DNA of 64,000 nt from the human T2T-CHM13v2.0 reference genome, Homo sapiens (GCF_009914755.1 NC_060930.1); one strand, 5' to 3'. Counted from the first letter of the stretch, positions 13,654 through 27,570 are shown. Program-made: numbers and translations. Notes: generated by a model from the sequence alone, not told the origin.

Positions 13654-14606
13654 TTATTGTTATGTATTCTACTTAAGAAGGGATTTTTTTCTCAAAATTC
13701 AAGAAAAAATGGTATTTAGGAACTTCTACATATTTTAAAATTTTATTCTAAATTGTGTGTCATTTTTTAGAATACATTAATTGATGATTCGTACAACTTT
13801 AAACAGAGGTGCTGAAAGATTTCTATTGCTGGAACAAAGTGTCAAACACTATGACAATTAATTGTGTCTATAAATAACTGAGCTGTGCAGTCCATGAGGA
13901 CATGATCAAAGTGCCAATATTGGCTTGGAGGGAGTGTGCCCCAATTATACATCAGTCTCACCAACACTGTTACTCTTATAAATTAAAACCAAAAGAGAAA
14001 CTGGCAGACACAATCGATGAGTCTTTAGAACTGAGGTGGAAGAGCAAACATCAGCCAGTGTGAGTCCACTAAACCATCTGACCCACGTTATTATCCTGAG
14101 CCTAGTCTGGCTGGCTTTTGCTGTCTGTTCTTGACTGTAAGTGTCTTCAGGATGAAGATTGTTTGCTTCATTCTCGTATTGCCAGAGGCCATAGCAAATG
14201 CTCAGTCCATATATTTTTAAAAAATAAATTAAGCCACCTAGTTTTAGCTTGACATCATCCCTCTTGGGCTCTGGCTTGACTTTCCCTTTTTCCATGATCC
14301 ACAGCATCTATGAGGCCTGGCTACATTCTCCCAGTAGTACTCATGCCTTCAGAGGGACTTTCCCAGCAAATGGTTTGCAATTCTCTGCAGCCCTCCTTCC
14401 ATTCTACTTTTTAAAGAGTTGATGGTGTAACAGTATTTTCCTCTAATTCTGGAATTCAGAACAAGTTCAGGATTCAGGGGATGATGAAGAAGCCCAGACT
14501 CAAGTGAGCATAAGTTGTAGTCATTATGTCAACAATTTCCATTTTAAAATCCAGACCCAGTTAAAGGATATCTACTGCTCCACTCTTCACAGAGGAAAAA
14601 TTTCTT

Positions 14607-14905
14607 TTCTTTTTTTTTTAGAGACAGGGTTTTGTTTTGTCACCCAGACTGGAGTGCAGTGAGTGGTGGGATCATAGGTCACTGCAGACTTGACCTCCCA
14701 GGCTCCAGCGATCCTACCACCTCAGCCTCCCAAGTAGCTGGGACTACAGTTGTGTGCCACTACGCCCAACTAATTTTTGTATTTTTGGTAGAGACAGGGT
14801 TTCACCATGTTGCCCAGGCTGGTTTCGAACTCCTGAGCTCAAGCAATACACTGCCTCTGCCTCCCAAAGTGTTGGGATTACAGGCGTGAGTCACTGCATC
14901 TGGCC
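14607..14905 (-). mobile_element. AluJ-type SINE
   Basis: Antisense dimer; TSD AAAATTTCTT. Confidence 0.92.
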
Positions 14906-15140
14906 AAAATTTCTTGTTTTTTTGTCTTTTTTTCCCTGCCCCACAAGAGTGCTCCACCACTTCATGGTGTGAGATGACAAGCTATCCCAGCATTGTGGCA
15001 TGGTGAATTCTCACCCACTGGTGATATACAATAAAGTCAATGGGAATTTTCTTTAAAGAAAGATCAGATTTTGGTTGATATGTAAATTTTCAGATTTCAA
15101 TTCAGGTTTCAGCAAACTTGTAGAGACCAGAGTCCTGTCG

Positions 15141-15977
15141 ATCTACAATTCCTTGTGAAATTCCATGGACAAGTTTATAATATTAAATTTAAAAAAAGAT
15201 TTTCAGAGCCTAAGAGTCCACAAAGAATAATGCATAGTTCTCTTACTTAAAATGTAAAAGATATTAAAATTGGAATCATTTTATCTTCTCCTGCATGCTT
15301 GTTTCTTCAGAGGGTAGAAATAGAGAAAATATCTGTATATTCAATGTCATTCCTTTGGAAATTCAACTTGGAAGCATGTAACAACCCACAAGTCACTTAA
15401 TTTCAAATTCTGGTTCCAGTTCAGCCTTGATGGCTTGCCCAGACTCGTATAACTTTATGGACTCTCGTTTGTTCCACATTGTGTCCTCTTCTTGTCTTTG
15501 GAGAAAATCAGAAGTAAAAGGAAGATATGGTCTCAAGAAGTGGCAAGCTTTAATGGAGAACGCCACCTCTCCATGCTGCTGCAGACAGTAAGAGACAAAA
15601 GCAATTATCTTTCCAAATTCTGATTGCAACTAGTGTTCATAACCTTCTTTCCCTTTAAGTCTGTTACTAAATCTAAATATAGCAAAACTGGTTTCCTTAA
15701 TTCTAGTCTACTCTTAGTTCCCCCTGACCTTAAAAGGCAACTGGAATAGGAGAATTCATCTAATTATTATTTGTGAAAGTGAATAATGGAGGGGAAAGTA
15801 AATAAATGGAAGGGAATGAGGTGGCCGAGGAGCACAGAGTTCAGGCACTAACAGGAGAGGCCATTTCACAAATAATTATCTGCAATTTCATGTTAAAATT
15901 CCATGGGCAATTTCATAACATTAAATTTAAAAAAGAATTTCAGATTCTAGGAGTCTAGAAAGAGTAATGCATAGCTC
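15141..15977 (+). repeat. Dispersed ~100-bp direct repeat (15141-15240 and 15878-15977)
   Basis: Shared AAATTCCATGG..ATTAAATTTAAAAAA..TTTCAGA..GAGTC..TAATGCATAG, about 75-80% identical by eye. Confidence 0.85.
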
Positions 15978-16152
15978 CGTCAATTGTTTGTAAAAGTGAA
16001 TAATTATTTGTGAAAGTAAGTAATGAGAAAATAAGACATCCCCTTTTCCATTAACAGAAAATTCACCAAATATGAGTTTTGGCTATTATTTAATGCTACT
16101 AAAAAATATGACTTATTTCCCTAGGTCCTGCCACTGAAGGTGACTGTAAGAA

Positions 16153-16453
<301 letters not shown>

Positions 16454-16454
16454 T

Positions 16455-16944
16455 AACATCTGACCTCATCTTGCATCACACTGTCCATCACTCAGGGTGC
16501 TTCAGTCATGTTGGTCTTCCTTAGGTCACTTTAACATGCTGCACTTGTGCTACCCACAGCCTTTGCATCTGCTCTTCCCTTGCTTGGGACACCATCCCCC
16601 AACATTGTCACACGGTTGCTTCTTCCTCACCATTCTGATATCTCTCAGAGAGGCCTTCCCTAACAACCTACGTAAGGTATCTCGTCCCCTTCAACCCCTT
16701 CCCAGCAATCTCGTTAACTTTCTACACTCTCTTCACAGCATTTGCTTTTCTGAAATGACTTCATATGTATGTTTATGTATAAGCTGCATTGTCTGGGTCC
16801 TGCCTTTATAATATGTTATCTGGGGTCAGAGCCTTGGTCAGCTTTGTCCACCTCTCTATCCCCAGTGCTTGGTAAAACCATGCAACAGGGAGCAGGCTCT
16901 GGATCAATACTCGTGAATAAACTAACAAAAGAATGAATGAATAA
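16455..16944 (+). mobile_element. L2 3' end
   Basis: CCTTTGCATCTGCTCTTCCC..GAGAGGCCTTCCCT..TCCCCAGTGCTTGG with GAATGAATGAAT tail. Confidence 0.75.
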
Positions 16945-17105
16945 AACCCTGGGCAGGTTGCTTAAGCTTCTTCAGTTTCTTCATTGGTAAAACAAGGATA
17001 AATAGCACTGACTTCATGGTGGTATCGTACAAATGAAAGAAGAAAATGGCTATAAGATCTAGAACAGTGTCTAGCACATAACAGCTGTTCAATAAATGTT
17101 TGTTT
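16945..17105 (+). mobile_element. MIR SINE
   Basis: CCTGGGCAGGTTGCTTAA..CAGTTTCTTCAT..AGAACAGTGTCTAGCACATA..CAATAAATGTT. Confidence 0.75.
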
Positions 17106-20100
17106 CTTTCCCACCTTCTCTCTTGATTTTTCCCACAGTGAACCTCATAGCTTAGCATGGAATGGAAGTATTCCTCCCTCACCACAGCCCAAAGTTGCTC
17201 TTGTAGTAAATATAAACCTCATTCCACAAGTTTCAGTATGCAAGGATATAACCGTAGTTTTTACAATTCAATTTAATTTTTGCTGTGAGCCTAGATTTCT
17301 GCTAGGTAACAGATTTATCTCAGTCAACTGAGGTTTTAAACTCTCCTTTTCCCCTTGGCTGTCTGTAAATTCCGAAGGACTTACAGAGTGCAAAAACTGG
17401 CAGAGGGCAGTCAGTCGCTGGTGATGTTGATGTATACTCTGACACTCAAATCAAATAACGTAAAGATTGCTATAATTTTTACATGCCAAATTACTGAAGT
17501 CTGTTATGCTAGGCCCTCTTCAAAGGGGTAAATCAGGAATTATCCTCCACACATGTTCTCTGAAGGTCAAAGTGAGAAGAAAATGGAGGGAACCTCTAAA
17601 CCCCCAGGGCCTGGCTCCCCTCAAGAGTTAAACTCAGAAAAATCCTCCCGACAGCCCACAGCACAAGGTCAAAAACTGTCCCACTCAGTTGAAACCTGTA
17701 GGTCAAAGAAATGGGCAGGTTGTGCATAAACTAAGAAACATGCATATATGATGGGTGGCCTAAGAGTCTCTGGATCATAACAAACTGGGTCCTCAGACAA
17801 AGCCATCATGGCCTTTTCCAGGTCATATGACCCTGCCCCTTTCTAAAAGAAGTGATACCACCTTCCTGGACTTACTTGGGACACTAGAGTGACCCAGGTT
17901 TGTGCCCTGGTAAGTACTACAAATGGAATCCTGGTGCCAAGAGTACATAGGTGAGCATTTGTCTTCTAATTTGTCCCAGCAGATAAAACTAAGATGAAAA
18001 TTATAAAAAATGGAAGACAAAATACATTGGTTTACAGTCAATTCAGATGCAATCTGTTAGTATAAATAATGGCTACAATGTGGTGGAAAAGCCATCTGTC
18101 ACTTTAAGGCAAAAATGCAGTTACTTTTAAGAAAAGAAGCTCAGGAAGAGTAAATTTATCCCAAGGCTCTTGAGCTTGGAATGCATTTGAAGAAAAGTGG
18201 ATGAGTTTTTCTCACCCAGAAAATAAATCACGTTGTCATGATTCCAGGTTTTCACTTTGTTTTGTTTTTTATATCACGCAGCATCGTTCTGTTTAGGGCT
18301 TACATCCTGGTGATTTTTCTGGTTCCACCAGGATATTTGAGCAAGTATCATTTTTAGTGAGGCAGCATATGGCAAGGCACTTAGTTTGCTGTTGTGCACC
18401 TATGCATATGTGTGTTTGCTATACGTAATACACACACGCGCACGCACACACTCATCTCTTCAGTTCTAAATCCAAACCTTCTTTGTAAATTAAGTGAGCC
18501 TAGAGAGTTGGAAACACAACAGCAGCAAAAGGCTGGGGCTGGCAGCCACTGCTAAAAGCTGCGTATGACACAAAACTGGATTATAATGTCATTCACTAAA
18601 TGACAGATCATTTAGTGTCTTGGAAGAGACTGTTTTCACACTGCTGAAGCTCTCACAGGGGAATTCCATGTGGGCTCCTTATTGTCAGAGCTATTTTTCA
18701 CCCAATTTGTTTCCAAATGATGTCTAACCTGAGGTCTCCCCACTGAGAGAGGTTTAAGCCATGATTAATGAGGAGTGCTTGGCCAGGCCCACCTGGGAAA
18801 TGGCCCATCTGCAAACTCAGGTAAGACGCAGAGGCCTACAAGGCATCAGCTTGTGAACGGCAGGCAGCTTCCTGCAGCTCGAGGCTCCCACACTGCAAAG
18901 GCAAGGTGTTCAGAATTAGCAGGATAATGTTTCAGGAGGCGCTGGAGACGTGTCGCTCCTGCTGTTTTTTCCCTGAGATGTTCATGGGCGAGGTGCTCTC
19001 CATCTTGGTATTAAAAGATATATTTTCTGTTCCTCAAGCTTATTTACTCTCTTCAAAGCTTTCACACATATGTGTGGCAAAACAAGCAAATAGACTTACA
19101 CATGTACACAGAGACTTGGCTTTGTCTCAAAGGACGAGATCACTGAGCAAGCAGGAATTAGATTTATAACACCATGGTCTGTTTTGACTTTGTACATGAA
19201 CCTATATGATCATTTTTATTTCCAGTGCCTAAACTGCTGTTTGTTATATTCAAATGTATCCATATTTCCATGCATAAAATGTATGTTAAAATAAATTCTC
19301 TTTTCTGTAAATTAAATGTTGGAAATATTGGAATACACTTTTTTAAATACCAGGTCAGTGAGTAGTATAGGTCTTCTAATAATTTGAAATCTTTGGAAAT
19401 GGATAGCCTTTCACTAAAGGAATAGAACATTTAAAATAAGCAGAATAGAATGCCACATTTGTTCCAAGATAAAATTATATAAGCACAAATTGGATAAGGA
19501 ATTCCATGTTCTTTTAAAATACCTAGCTGGAAAACAAAAACAAAAACAAAAACAAACAAACAAACAAAAAAACGAGGAAATAGGTCATTCTTCATAGCAA
19601 AGTCCATTCCTTCCCTTATTCAAGATGCACATTCTAGGCTTTCTCTCTAGGCTGCCATTAACGATGACATCCCACAATTCCGTCTGTCAGGACTAAAACC
19701 TAACAGATCCAACTGTCTCCAAATAAAACAGATTGTTTGCTGGGAACATTTATGACCCATAAAGAGTGAGAGTTTATCCTGGCGAAACATTTCTTCTTGT
19801 AAACAACCAACATTCCCTGAATCTCACCAGCTGACTTTGAATCCATCCATTTCTCACTTGGCATTTGGCTTCATCCGAAGCTTCTTTGATGGCATTTTGT
19901 TCCCAACTGTTGTGCAAAAGATGCTTTCCATTGAATTGCTTCTGTATCCAGACACCAAAATGATCCCACACTTTCTTTAACTACTTCTGTTGCCAGCAAC
20001 ATGTTTACCATGATTTAGATGTCTATTATACGCATGAATGACTTGTCTACTTAATTTCATCAAAAAATGAACCCTCATAAGTGGCACAGATGCTGGTATG

Positions 20101-20769
20101 ATGGTAATCAAATTAGTTTTTGGACAGGTTTATGGCCACTTGCTGTCAGTTAAGCTCTCTTTGGCTATCTTCACTCCTAATACAGTTTTGATGGTGATTA
20201 ATGGCTCCATTAATACACAGTTTGTGTTATGATAGACCTAATATTATAGTCTTGTTTGCTGACCACAGATGACAATACACTTGGTAAGATTCAGGTCCGC
20301 AAAGTATTAGCTGTACATCTAGTGTTAGATTTTTACTTCCTTGGTCCTAGTGTATGTATATTTAGACCCAACCACAGTGAACACTCTATTTGTGCCAAAA
20401 CTTTGTTTTAAGTTAAAGTTCCTTTCATGATCCCTTTCTTTGTTATAGGAATGTTGTTGCCTTAAATTACTCTTGTTAATGCTATGTTTCATTCACAGTC
20501 TTTTCAGTCCTAGTCTTATTTGCTTCCACCTCTAAATTCTTGAAATCTTTGCTGTATACAAAGTTTTTCTGTTTTTTTCTTAAATTTTTCATTTATTTGA
20601 CTGCTTGAATAATTTTCAAAAAAAATCTCTAATTATATCTTCTTATAATCTTTGTCTTTATTTTTTTCTTCCAAATGGTGCACATCATTCCATTCATGGC
20701 TATTCTATCCTATTTCTTAGACTTCTCTGGGAGTAAATTTTTAATTGAAATCTCTTGTGAGCAGCACAC

Positions 20770-21010
20770 ATTTATTTGCGTTCATTCAACAGGGCTGCTA
20801 AAAGGATGAGAACAAAATGGGAGCCTTGTAGGCTAAACTATGGTAAACACATTTGGATTGTTTACACAGCTTTTTTTATGTTTAAACAAACACGGTTTTT
20901 TTTTATAATGAAATTGAGTTTCCTCCTGCACATATTTGATTTTTATGTTCATCTGTGCACTTGCCTAAACTCCACCCACTTACTGCTATGCAAATACAGA
21001 TTATGCAAAT
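20770..21010. promoter_or_regulatory. Candidate enhancer with FOX and octamer motif cluster
   Basis: GTAAACA 20843, TGTTTAC 20859, ACAAACA 20886, TATTTGC 20773; ATGCAAAT at 20988 and 21003. Confidence 0.45.
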
Positions 21011-22369
21011 TTTTGTTTTGAATTGGGTGAGCTGAGCAGATGCCCATTTTAGCATAAACAGTTCAGAAAAAAAGGTTTGAATAGACAAGCACTATTGTAA
21101 AAATACCTAAATGGACATAAAGATGAATGTTTGTTTTCACACAAACAAAAATGTTAAAGACATCTTTTCACTCTTATGAGAAAAATCTAAGGTCATTTTC
21201 TAATAAGGGTAAATGCTGAAATTCAATTCCTCATTTAATAGCAAGACTCCAGACTAGACCCAATCTACTGTGGTGGATCTTTGAACCTATTAATTTATTG
21301 TAATCCTCCCTTCACTTAAGTCAATATGATCCCAGCTGTCTAGTAAATTATCTTTATCTAAGGCTGGCATCTCTGCTGACTGGTTTTTCTTTTATTTTCT
21401 TGGATTTTTTTTTTATTTTTAGTTGTTACCACATAAATTTACTAATACATAAATGGTTTTATCTGTGTGTGTTGTTAACACAACCCCATAAAAAGGGAAG
21501 CTTTACAAAAAGCTTAGCAAAACTTAAGGCATGCAGGAGAAACCTAAATGAAAGGGAGTTTAAAATCTGATTCTTACATACAGTTACCATTTTTCCTCGA
21601 AATTTTTAAGGAAGGCATCTGATTAAGTTGTGTCTTTGCCATCTGCTGAGCAATCTCTCTGAGAAGCAGTGCTGATTCAATATTGTGAGCGTTGCAGCCT
21701 CAAGAGTTGGTTAGAGGATTATGAGTGACTTAACAGTCAGCCGCAGTGCATCAGAAAGAAGCATCTCAGCATACTATGGCAAACTTTACTTACTATATAC
21801 TATGAATCATGACGTTTTCCTTTTTTTCTAATTTGTTAAGGTTATTAACAAGTTCCTGAAAAATTCTGGAAGATTGGTGCCTTTGGCACTTTCCTGATTT
21901 GGATGGCGCATTTGGATGCCTCTGTGACAATGGGCCTGTATCTCTTGTATATCCATGTACAGTAGTGGACCACAGTAGATGCTCAGTGAGTGTTTTGGGG
22001 TAATTCTCCAAAGGATATTTGAATATCAGAAAACACATTTGATGCACAAGGTAAAGTCTCCAGCGGGTGGAGGTCCAGGGTCCACGTCACTAACAGCAGC
22101 GACTGTTGCCATGCCAAAGATCCCTCAGGCTGTTAATATCATAGAATAGGGTGTGACACGGTCCTTGCTCATGGTCACTCAAGAGCCTCTAAGACTTTCA
22201 TGACTGCTTCAGGTGGTCGATCTGGTTTGGGTACATCTTCTAGTGCCCTATTGGTCTGGAGCCAAAAGTTCTTCTCCAGGGTGACCTGGCCCTGGTTTAA
22301 GAACTTGGTCATTTATCAAGCGGAACCTATTCTGGTTTCCTGAGGATCCTTACAAATACATCTTCAGTC

Positions 22370-22690
22370 TCATGTTCATTCAGTCATTTAGTCATCCATT
22401 TAACTAATAACCAAGCATTAGGCACTGTGCTATGGACTGGGGATTTAAAAAGGAACAGGGCACAGTTTCTGTCCTACCAGGATTCCGTGCTGGGAGGAAA
22501 CTTAACAAGCAAGCAAATATTGTAATGGGGTCAATGTTGTACCGGAGTTGTGTGCCAGGTGCTAGGGGAAGGGAAAAACAAATAAATTCAACTCTCTTTG
22601 GCAGACAAGGTACTTTTCCTGGGGGAGGTACCTTTGGGTGGAGAGTGAGTAGGGTAGGAGTTCTCCAAGTAAGAAAGGCAAAAAAGGATA
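22370..22690 (-). mobile_element. L2 fragment
   Basis: TTCATTCAGTCATTT tail, TAGGCACTGTGCTA..CTGGGGAT. Confidence 0.65.
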
Positions 22691-23531
22691 TTCCATTCCT
22701 CAGCACTCCTTTCCCCTAAACAAACTTGAAGATCTGAATTCATTCAGTCAAACAGTTGGAGATTCTGGGGAAGTGAGGGACTTGATCCAATATTAACATG
22801 TGTTCTTTACGTTGCACGATATGGTCAAAACCCACTTTTTATAGACTGCTCTTGCCTGCATCTATCTCTCTGGCCTGCGTGGGGGGTATAAGCTGATGAT
22901 GCTTCACAAGCTGAGAGCAATGCTGCAAAGTGAACCAGGGAAGTGCTTGCTTACAGGCTTGCTGCCATACCATGAACCAGGTAACAACTCAAGGATGGGA
23001 ACTGTGGCTTCAGTGTCTCACTTACCCTACAAATCCCTTTACTATGCCTTAATAGGAACTCGCTGATTTGACTAAGAGTTCCCAATGCTTCACGATTAGA
23101 ATAAGCCTATTAAAACAACTGAACAATAGTTTACTAAATGATATCTTAGTGGCCTGAAATTGATAATGCATTTTCCAGTTTTGTTTCTCTTAAATTATAC
23201 AGAAGGCATAATTAAAGTAGACCCAGTGAGAATAAATTGAAAACTGAAGTGAAAAATTTCTTTTCATTTTAGAAGCCCATTTATTTAAAGTACTATGGTT
23301 ACAAGTAAGAGGTCTAATAACCTAGGGAAAAAATCATGCTAGAAGAGTTAGTAGGTTGTGAATCAGTGGGTTATGAAGAAACTGCTGCTTCCTTTTTAAA
23401 TAAAGGGATAAATGCCATAACTTATAATATATGTGATTAACTCCGTATGTTTCATCAAAAGATACAATCATCAGGGTTAAAATAATATACCACATTTTCA
23501 TCTCACCTGGACATCAAATTGAATTCTTCTT

Positions 23532-23800
<269 letters not shown>

Positions 23801-23942
23801 TGAATTCTTCTTAAAATCTGTAGTGCAGTAGAACAATCTGTCAAGATGTCATAAAAATTGACTTTAGACCAATTATTCTAAGGAAAGTTGGGCAAGAGTC
23901 AGTACCAATCAAGAATGAGAAAACCTTGCCATCTTCTGATAC

Positions 23943-24211
23943 ATTCACTGGTTCCAAACACTCTAATGAGATAGGTACACTATGAAATATTAAGGGACTG
24001 CCACTGTTGTAATCTGATGTCTCACTTAAGCTAAGGCAACGGTGAATAATGGATTAAATAATGGACTCTCATGCATTGTGCCTTTAATGATCTAATCCAA
24101 TATTTACCACTGCCTTAGCTTAAGTGAGACATCAGATTAATCTCTAACAGTGGCAGTTCCTCAACACTTTATAGTGTAGCTACCTCAGTGAGGTTTTTGG
24201 AATCAGTGAAT
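23943..24211. repeat. Long inverted repeat / hairpin with ~120-bp arms and 24-nt loop, MIR-like
   Basis: Arms 23943-24062 and 24087-24211; perfect 29-bp stem 24010-24038 / 24111-24139. Confidence 0.95.
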
Positions 24212-24652
24212 AGCTGTGCCTGCAGGTGGTATGCAAATGTGATAAAGCTAATCTAATAATAACCTGAAAAATAAACCAACTCAGCAAGACTCCTAGGATT
24301 TCCTTGAAGAATAATCAGCAACCATCTTAAAGATGGGTGTCTAGCCTACAGGAACATAAAGGTGGCAAAGGGGTTCTCTGGCCCCTAAGAGAAGCAAATA
24401 GCATCTTGCAATCTCTCAAGCACACAAGAAAGGCTTTGTGATGACAGAGCAAATATGACACTATCATGGCCTAAGATTAGAGGACAAAAAAGAGGAAATT
24501 TCCCTTATCAACAAGGAAGTGGAGAGTTCATGAGAAGCTAAAGCCTCTAAGAGGTGATGTTTCCTTTAGTTCTTCATACTTGTGGTAGTTCACCCACACC
24601 TGTGACCACCCAGTAAGGAAATCTAAGTGAAAGTAACTGGAGTAAGATAAAT

Positions 24653-26652
24653 TTTTTTAAAACTTTTATTTTAGGTTTGGGGGTACATGTGAAGGTTTGT
24701 TATGCAGGTACACTCATGTCATGGGAGTTTGTTGTACAGATTATTTCATCACCCAGATATTAAGCCTGGTACCCAATAGTTATTTTTTCTCCTCCTCTCC
24801 CTCCTCCCACCCCCCATCCTCAAGTAGACCCCAGTGTCTGTAGTTCCTTTCTTTGTGTTCATGAGTTCTCATCAATTAGCTCCCACTTATAAGTGAGAAC
24901 ATGCTGTATTTGATTTTTTGTTCCTGAATTAGTTTGCTAAGGATAATGGCCTGCAGCTCCATCCACGTTCCCACAGAAGACATGATCTCATTCTTTTTTT
25001 GAGCTGCATAGTATTCCATCATGTACATATACCACATTTTCTTTATTCAATCCATCATTTATGGGCATTTAGGTTGATTCCATGTCTTTGCTACTGTGAA
25101 CAGTATTGCAATGAATATTCGCATTTATGGTAGAATGATTTATATTCCTCTGGGTATATACCCAGTAATGGGATTGCTGGATCAAATGGTAGTTCTGCTT
25201 TTAGCTCTTTGAGGAATTGCCATACTGCTTTTCACAATGGTTGAACTAATTTACACTCCTGCCAACATTGTATAAGTGTTCCCTTTTCTCTGCAACCTCA
25301 GAAGCATCTGTTATTTTTTGACTTTTTAGTAATAGCCATTGTGACTGGTTTGAGATTGCGGTTTTGATTTGCATTTCTCATTGTGGTTTTGATTGGCATT
25401 TCTCTAATGATCAGTGATATTGAGCTTTTTTTCATATGATTGTTAGCCACATGTATGTCTTCTTTTGAGAAGTGTCTGTTCATGTCCTTTGCCCATTTTT
25501 TAATGGGGTTGTTTTTCTCTTGAAAATTTGTTTAAGTTCCTTATGGATGCTGGGTATTGGACCTTTGTCAGATGCATAGTAGGCAAATATTTTCTCCCAT
25601 TCTGTATGTTATCTGTTCACTTTGTTGATAGCTTCTTTTGCTGAGCAGAAGCTCTTAAGTTTAATTAAACCTTATTTGTCAATTTTTTGCTTTTGTTGCT
25701 ATTGCTTTTGGTGTCTTTGTCATGAAATCTTTGCTCATTCATATGTCCAGGATGGTATTGCCTAGGTTATCTTCCAGGGTTTTTATAGTTTGGGGTTTTA
25801 CATTTAAGTCTTTAATCCATCATGAGTTGATTTTTGTATATGGTGTGAAGAAGGGGCCCAACCTCAATCTTCTGCATATGGCTAGCCAGTTATCTCAGCA
25901 CCATCTATTGAATAGAGCCTTTTCCCCATTGCTTGTTTTTGTCAGCTTTGTCAAAGAGCAGACGGTTATAGGTGTGTGGCCTTCTTTCTGGGCTCTCTAT
26001 TCTGTTCCATTGGTCTATGTGTCTGTTTTTGTACCATGCTCTTTTGGTTACTATAGCCCTGTAGTATAGTTTGAAGTCAGGTACCTTGATGACTTCAGCT
26101 TTGTTCTTTTTGCTAAGGATTGCCTTGGCTGTTTGGGCTCTTTTTTGGTTTCATATCAATTTTAAAATAGCCTTTTCTAGTTCTGTGAAGAATATTGTTG
26201 GTAGTTTGATAGGAATAGCCCTTGAATCTGTAGATTGCTTTGGGCAGTATGATCATTTTAATAATATTGATTCTTTCTATCAATGAGCATGGGCTGTTTT
26301 TCCAATTGTTTGTTTCTTCTCTGATTTCTTTGAGTAGTGTTTTGTAACTCTCATTGTAGAGATCTTTCACCTCCCTGGTTAGCTGTATTCCTAGGTAATT
26401 TATTCTTTCTGTGGCAGTTGTAAAGGGGGTTGCCTTCCTGATTTGGTTCTTGTCTCGGCTGTTGTTGTTGTATAGGAACTAGTAATTTTTGCACATTGAT
26501 TTTGAATCTGAAACTTTGCTGAAGTTGTTTATCAGCTGGAGGAGCATTTGAGTCAAGGCTATGGGATTTTCTAGACACAGAATCATGTTGTCTGCAAACA
26601 GGGTTAATTTAACTTCCTCTCTTTCTGTTTGGATGCCCTTTCTTTCTCTTGC
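24653..26652 (-). mobile_element. 5'-truncated L1 (L1PB-like), ~2.0 kb
   Basis: Antisense ORF2 3' part and 3'UTR; ORF-track peptides MNRHFSKEDI.. and [15 protein letters not shown].. are L1 ORF2; perfect 16-bp TSD CTGGAGTAAGATAAAT (24637-24652 / 26653-26668). Confidence 0.95.
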
Positions 26653-27034
26653 CTGGAGTAAGATAAATGTTTAATTCATTATAACTTATATCAATACTCC
26701 TTCCTTGATGATGGAATAGTCCTGTCATGCTTACCACCACTCTATTTTAAAGACATCAGGATCATTATCTTTCCCAGAAGAATGATAGAGGACTGAACAT
26801 AGTCACCTCAAAATAATCATACTCTTGTATCAAGGGCAGCAGCTCAACCCATCTAAGAGTCTGCTTCCAAATCCCAAGACATGGCACATGGTACAGGCAC
26901 AAGCTTTATTATTCATGGGTACCTAGGGTATTGCAGAGAAATAACTCTAGTATCTTGACAGTTGGAAAGGATCTAGAATAAAAAGCAGCAAGAGTTGTTC
27001 AATTAAAAGATGCATGGATTCTAATTCACACAGT

Positions 27035-27570
27035 TCTTTTTTTTATTATTATACTTTAAGTTCTAGGGTACATGTGCACAACGTGCAGGTTTGTTACATA
27101 CGTATACATGTGCCATGTTGGTGTGCTGCACCCGTTAACTCTTCATTTACATTAGGTATATCGCTTAATGCTATCCCTCCCCCCTCCCCCCACCCCATGA
27201 CAGTCCCCAGTGTGTGATGTTCCCCACCCTGTGTCCAAGTGTTCTCATTGTTCAATTCCTACCTATGAGTGTGAACATGCGGTGTTTGGTTTTCTGTCCT
27301 TGTGATAGTTTGCTCAGAATGATGATTTCCAGCTTCATCCATGTCCCTACAAAGGACATGAACTCATCCTTTTTTATGGCTGCATAGTATTCCGTGGTGT
27401 ATATGTGCCACATTTTCTTAATCCAGTCTATCACTGATGGACATTTGGGTTGGTTCCAAGTCTTTGCTATTGTGAATAGTGCCACAATACACATATGTGT
27501 GCATGTGTCTTTATAGCAGCATGATTTATAATCCTTTGGGTATATACCCAGTAATGGGATGGCTGGGTCA
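27035..27570 (-). mobile_element. L1PA (about PA4-6) 3' end
   Basis: TTATACTTTAAGTTCTAGGGTACATGTGCACAAC; ORF2 C-terminal peptide DPAIPLLGIYPKDYKSCCYKDTC. Confidence 0.95.

Noticed and set aside
14354-14363. Canonical NF-kB site GGGACTTTCC (and GGGGAATTCC at 18658-18667)
   Set aside because: Isolated 10-mers; degenerate kB matches are expected by chance in 64 kb.
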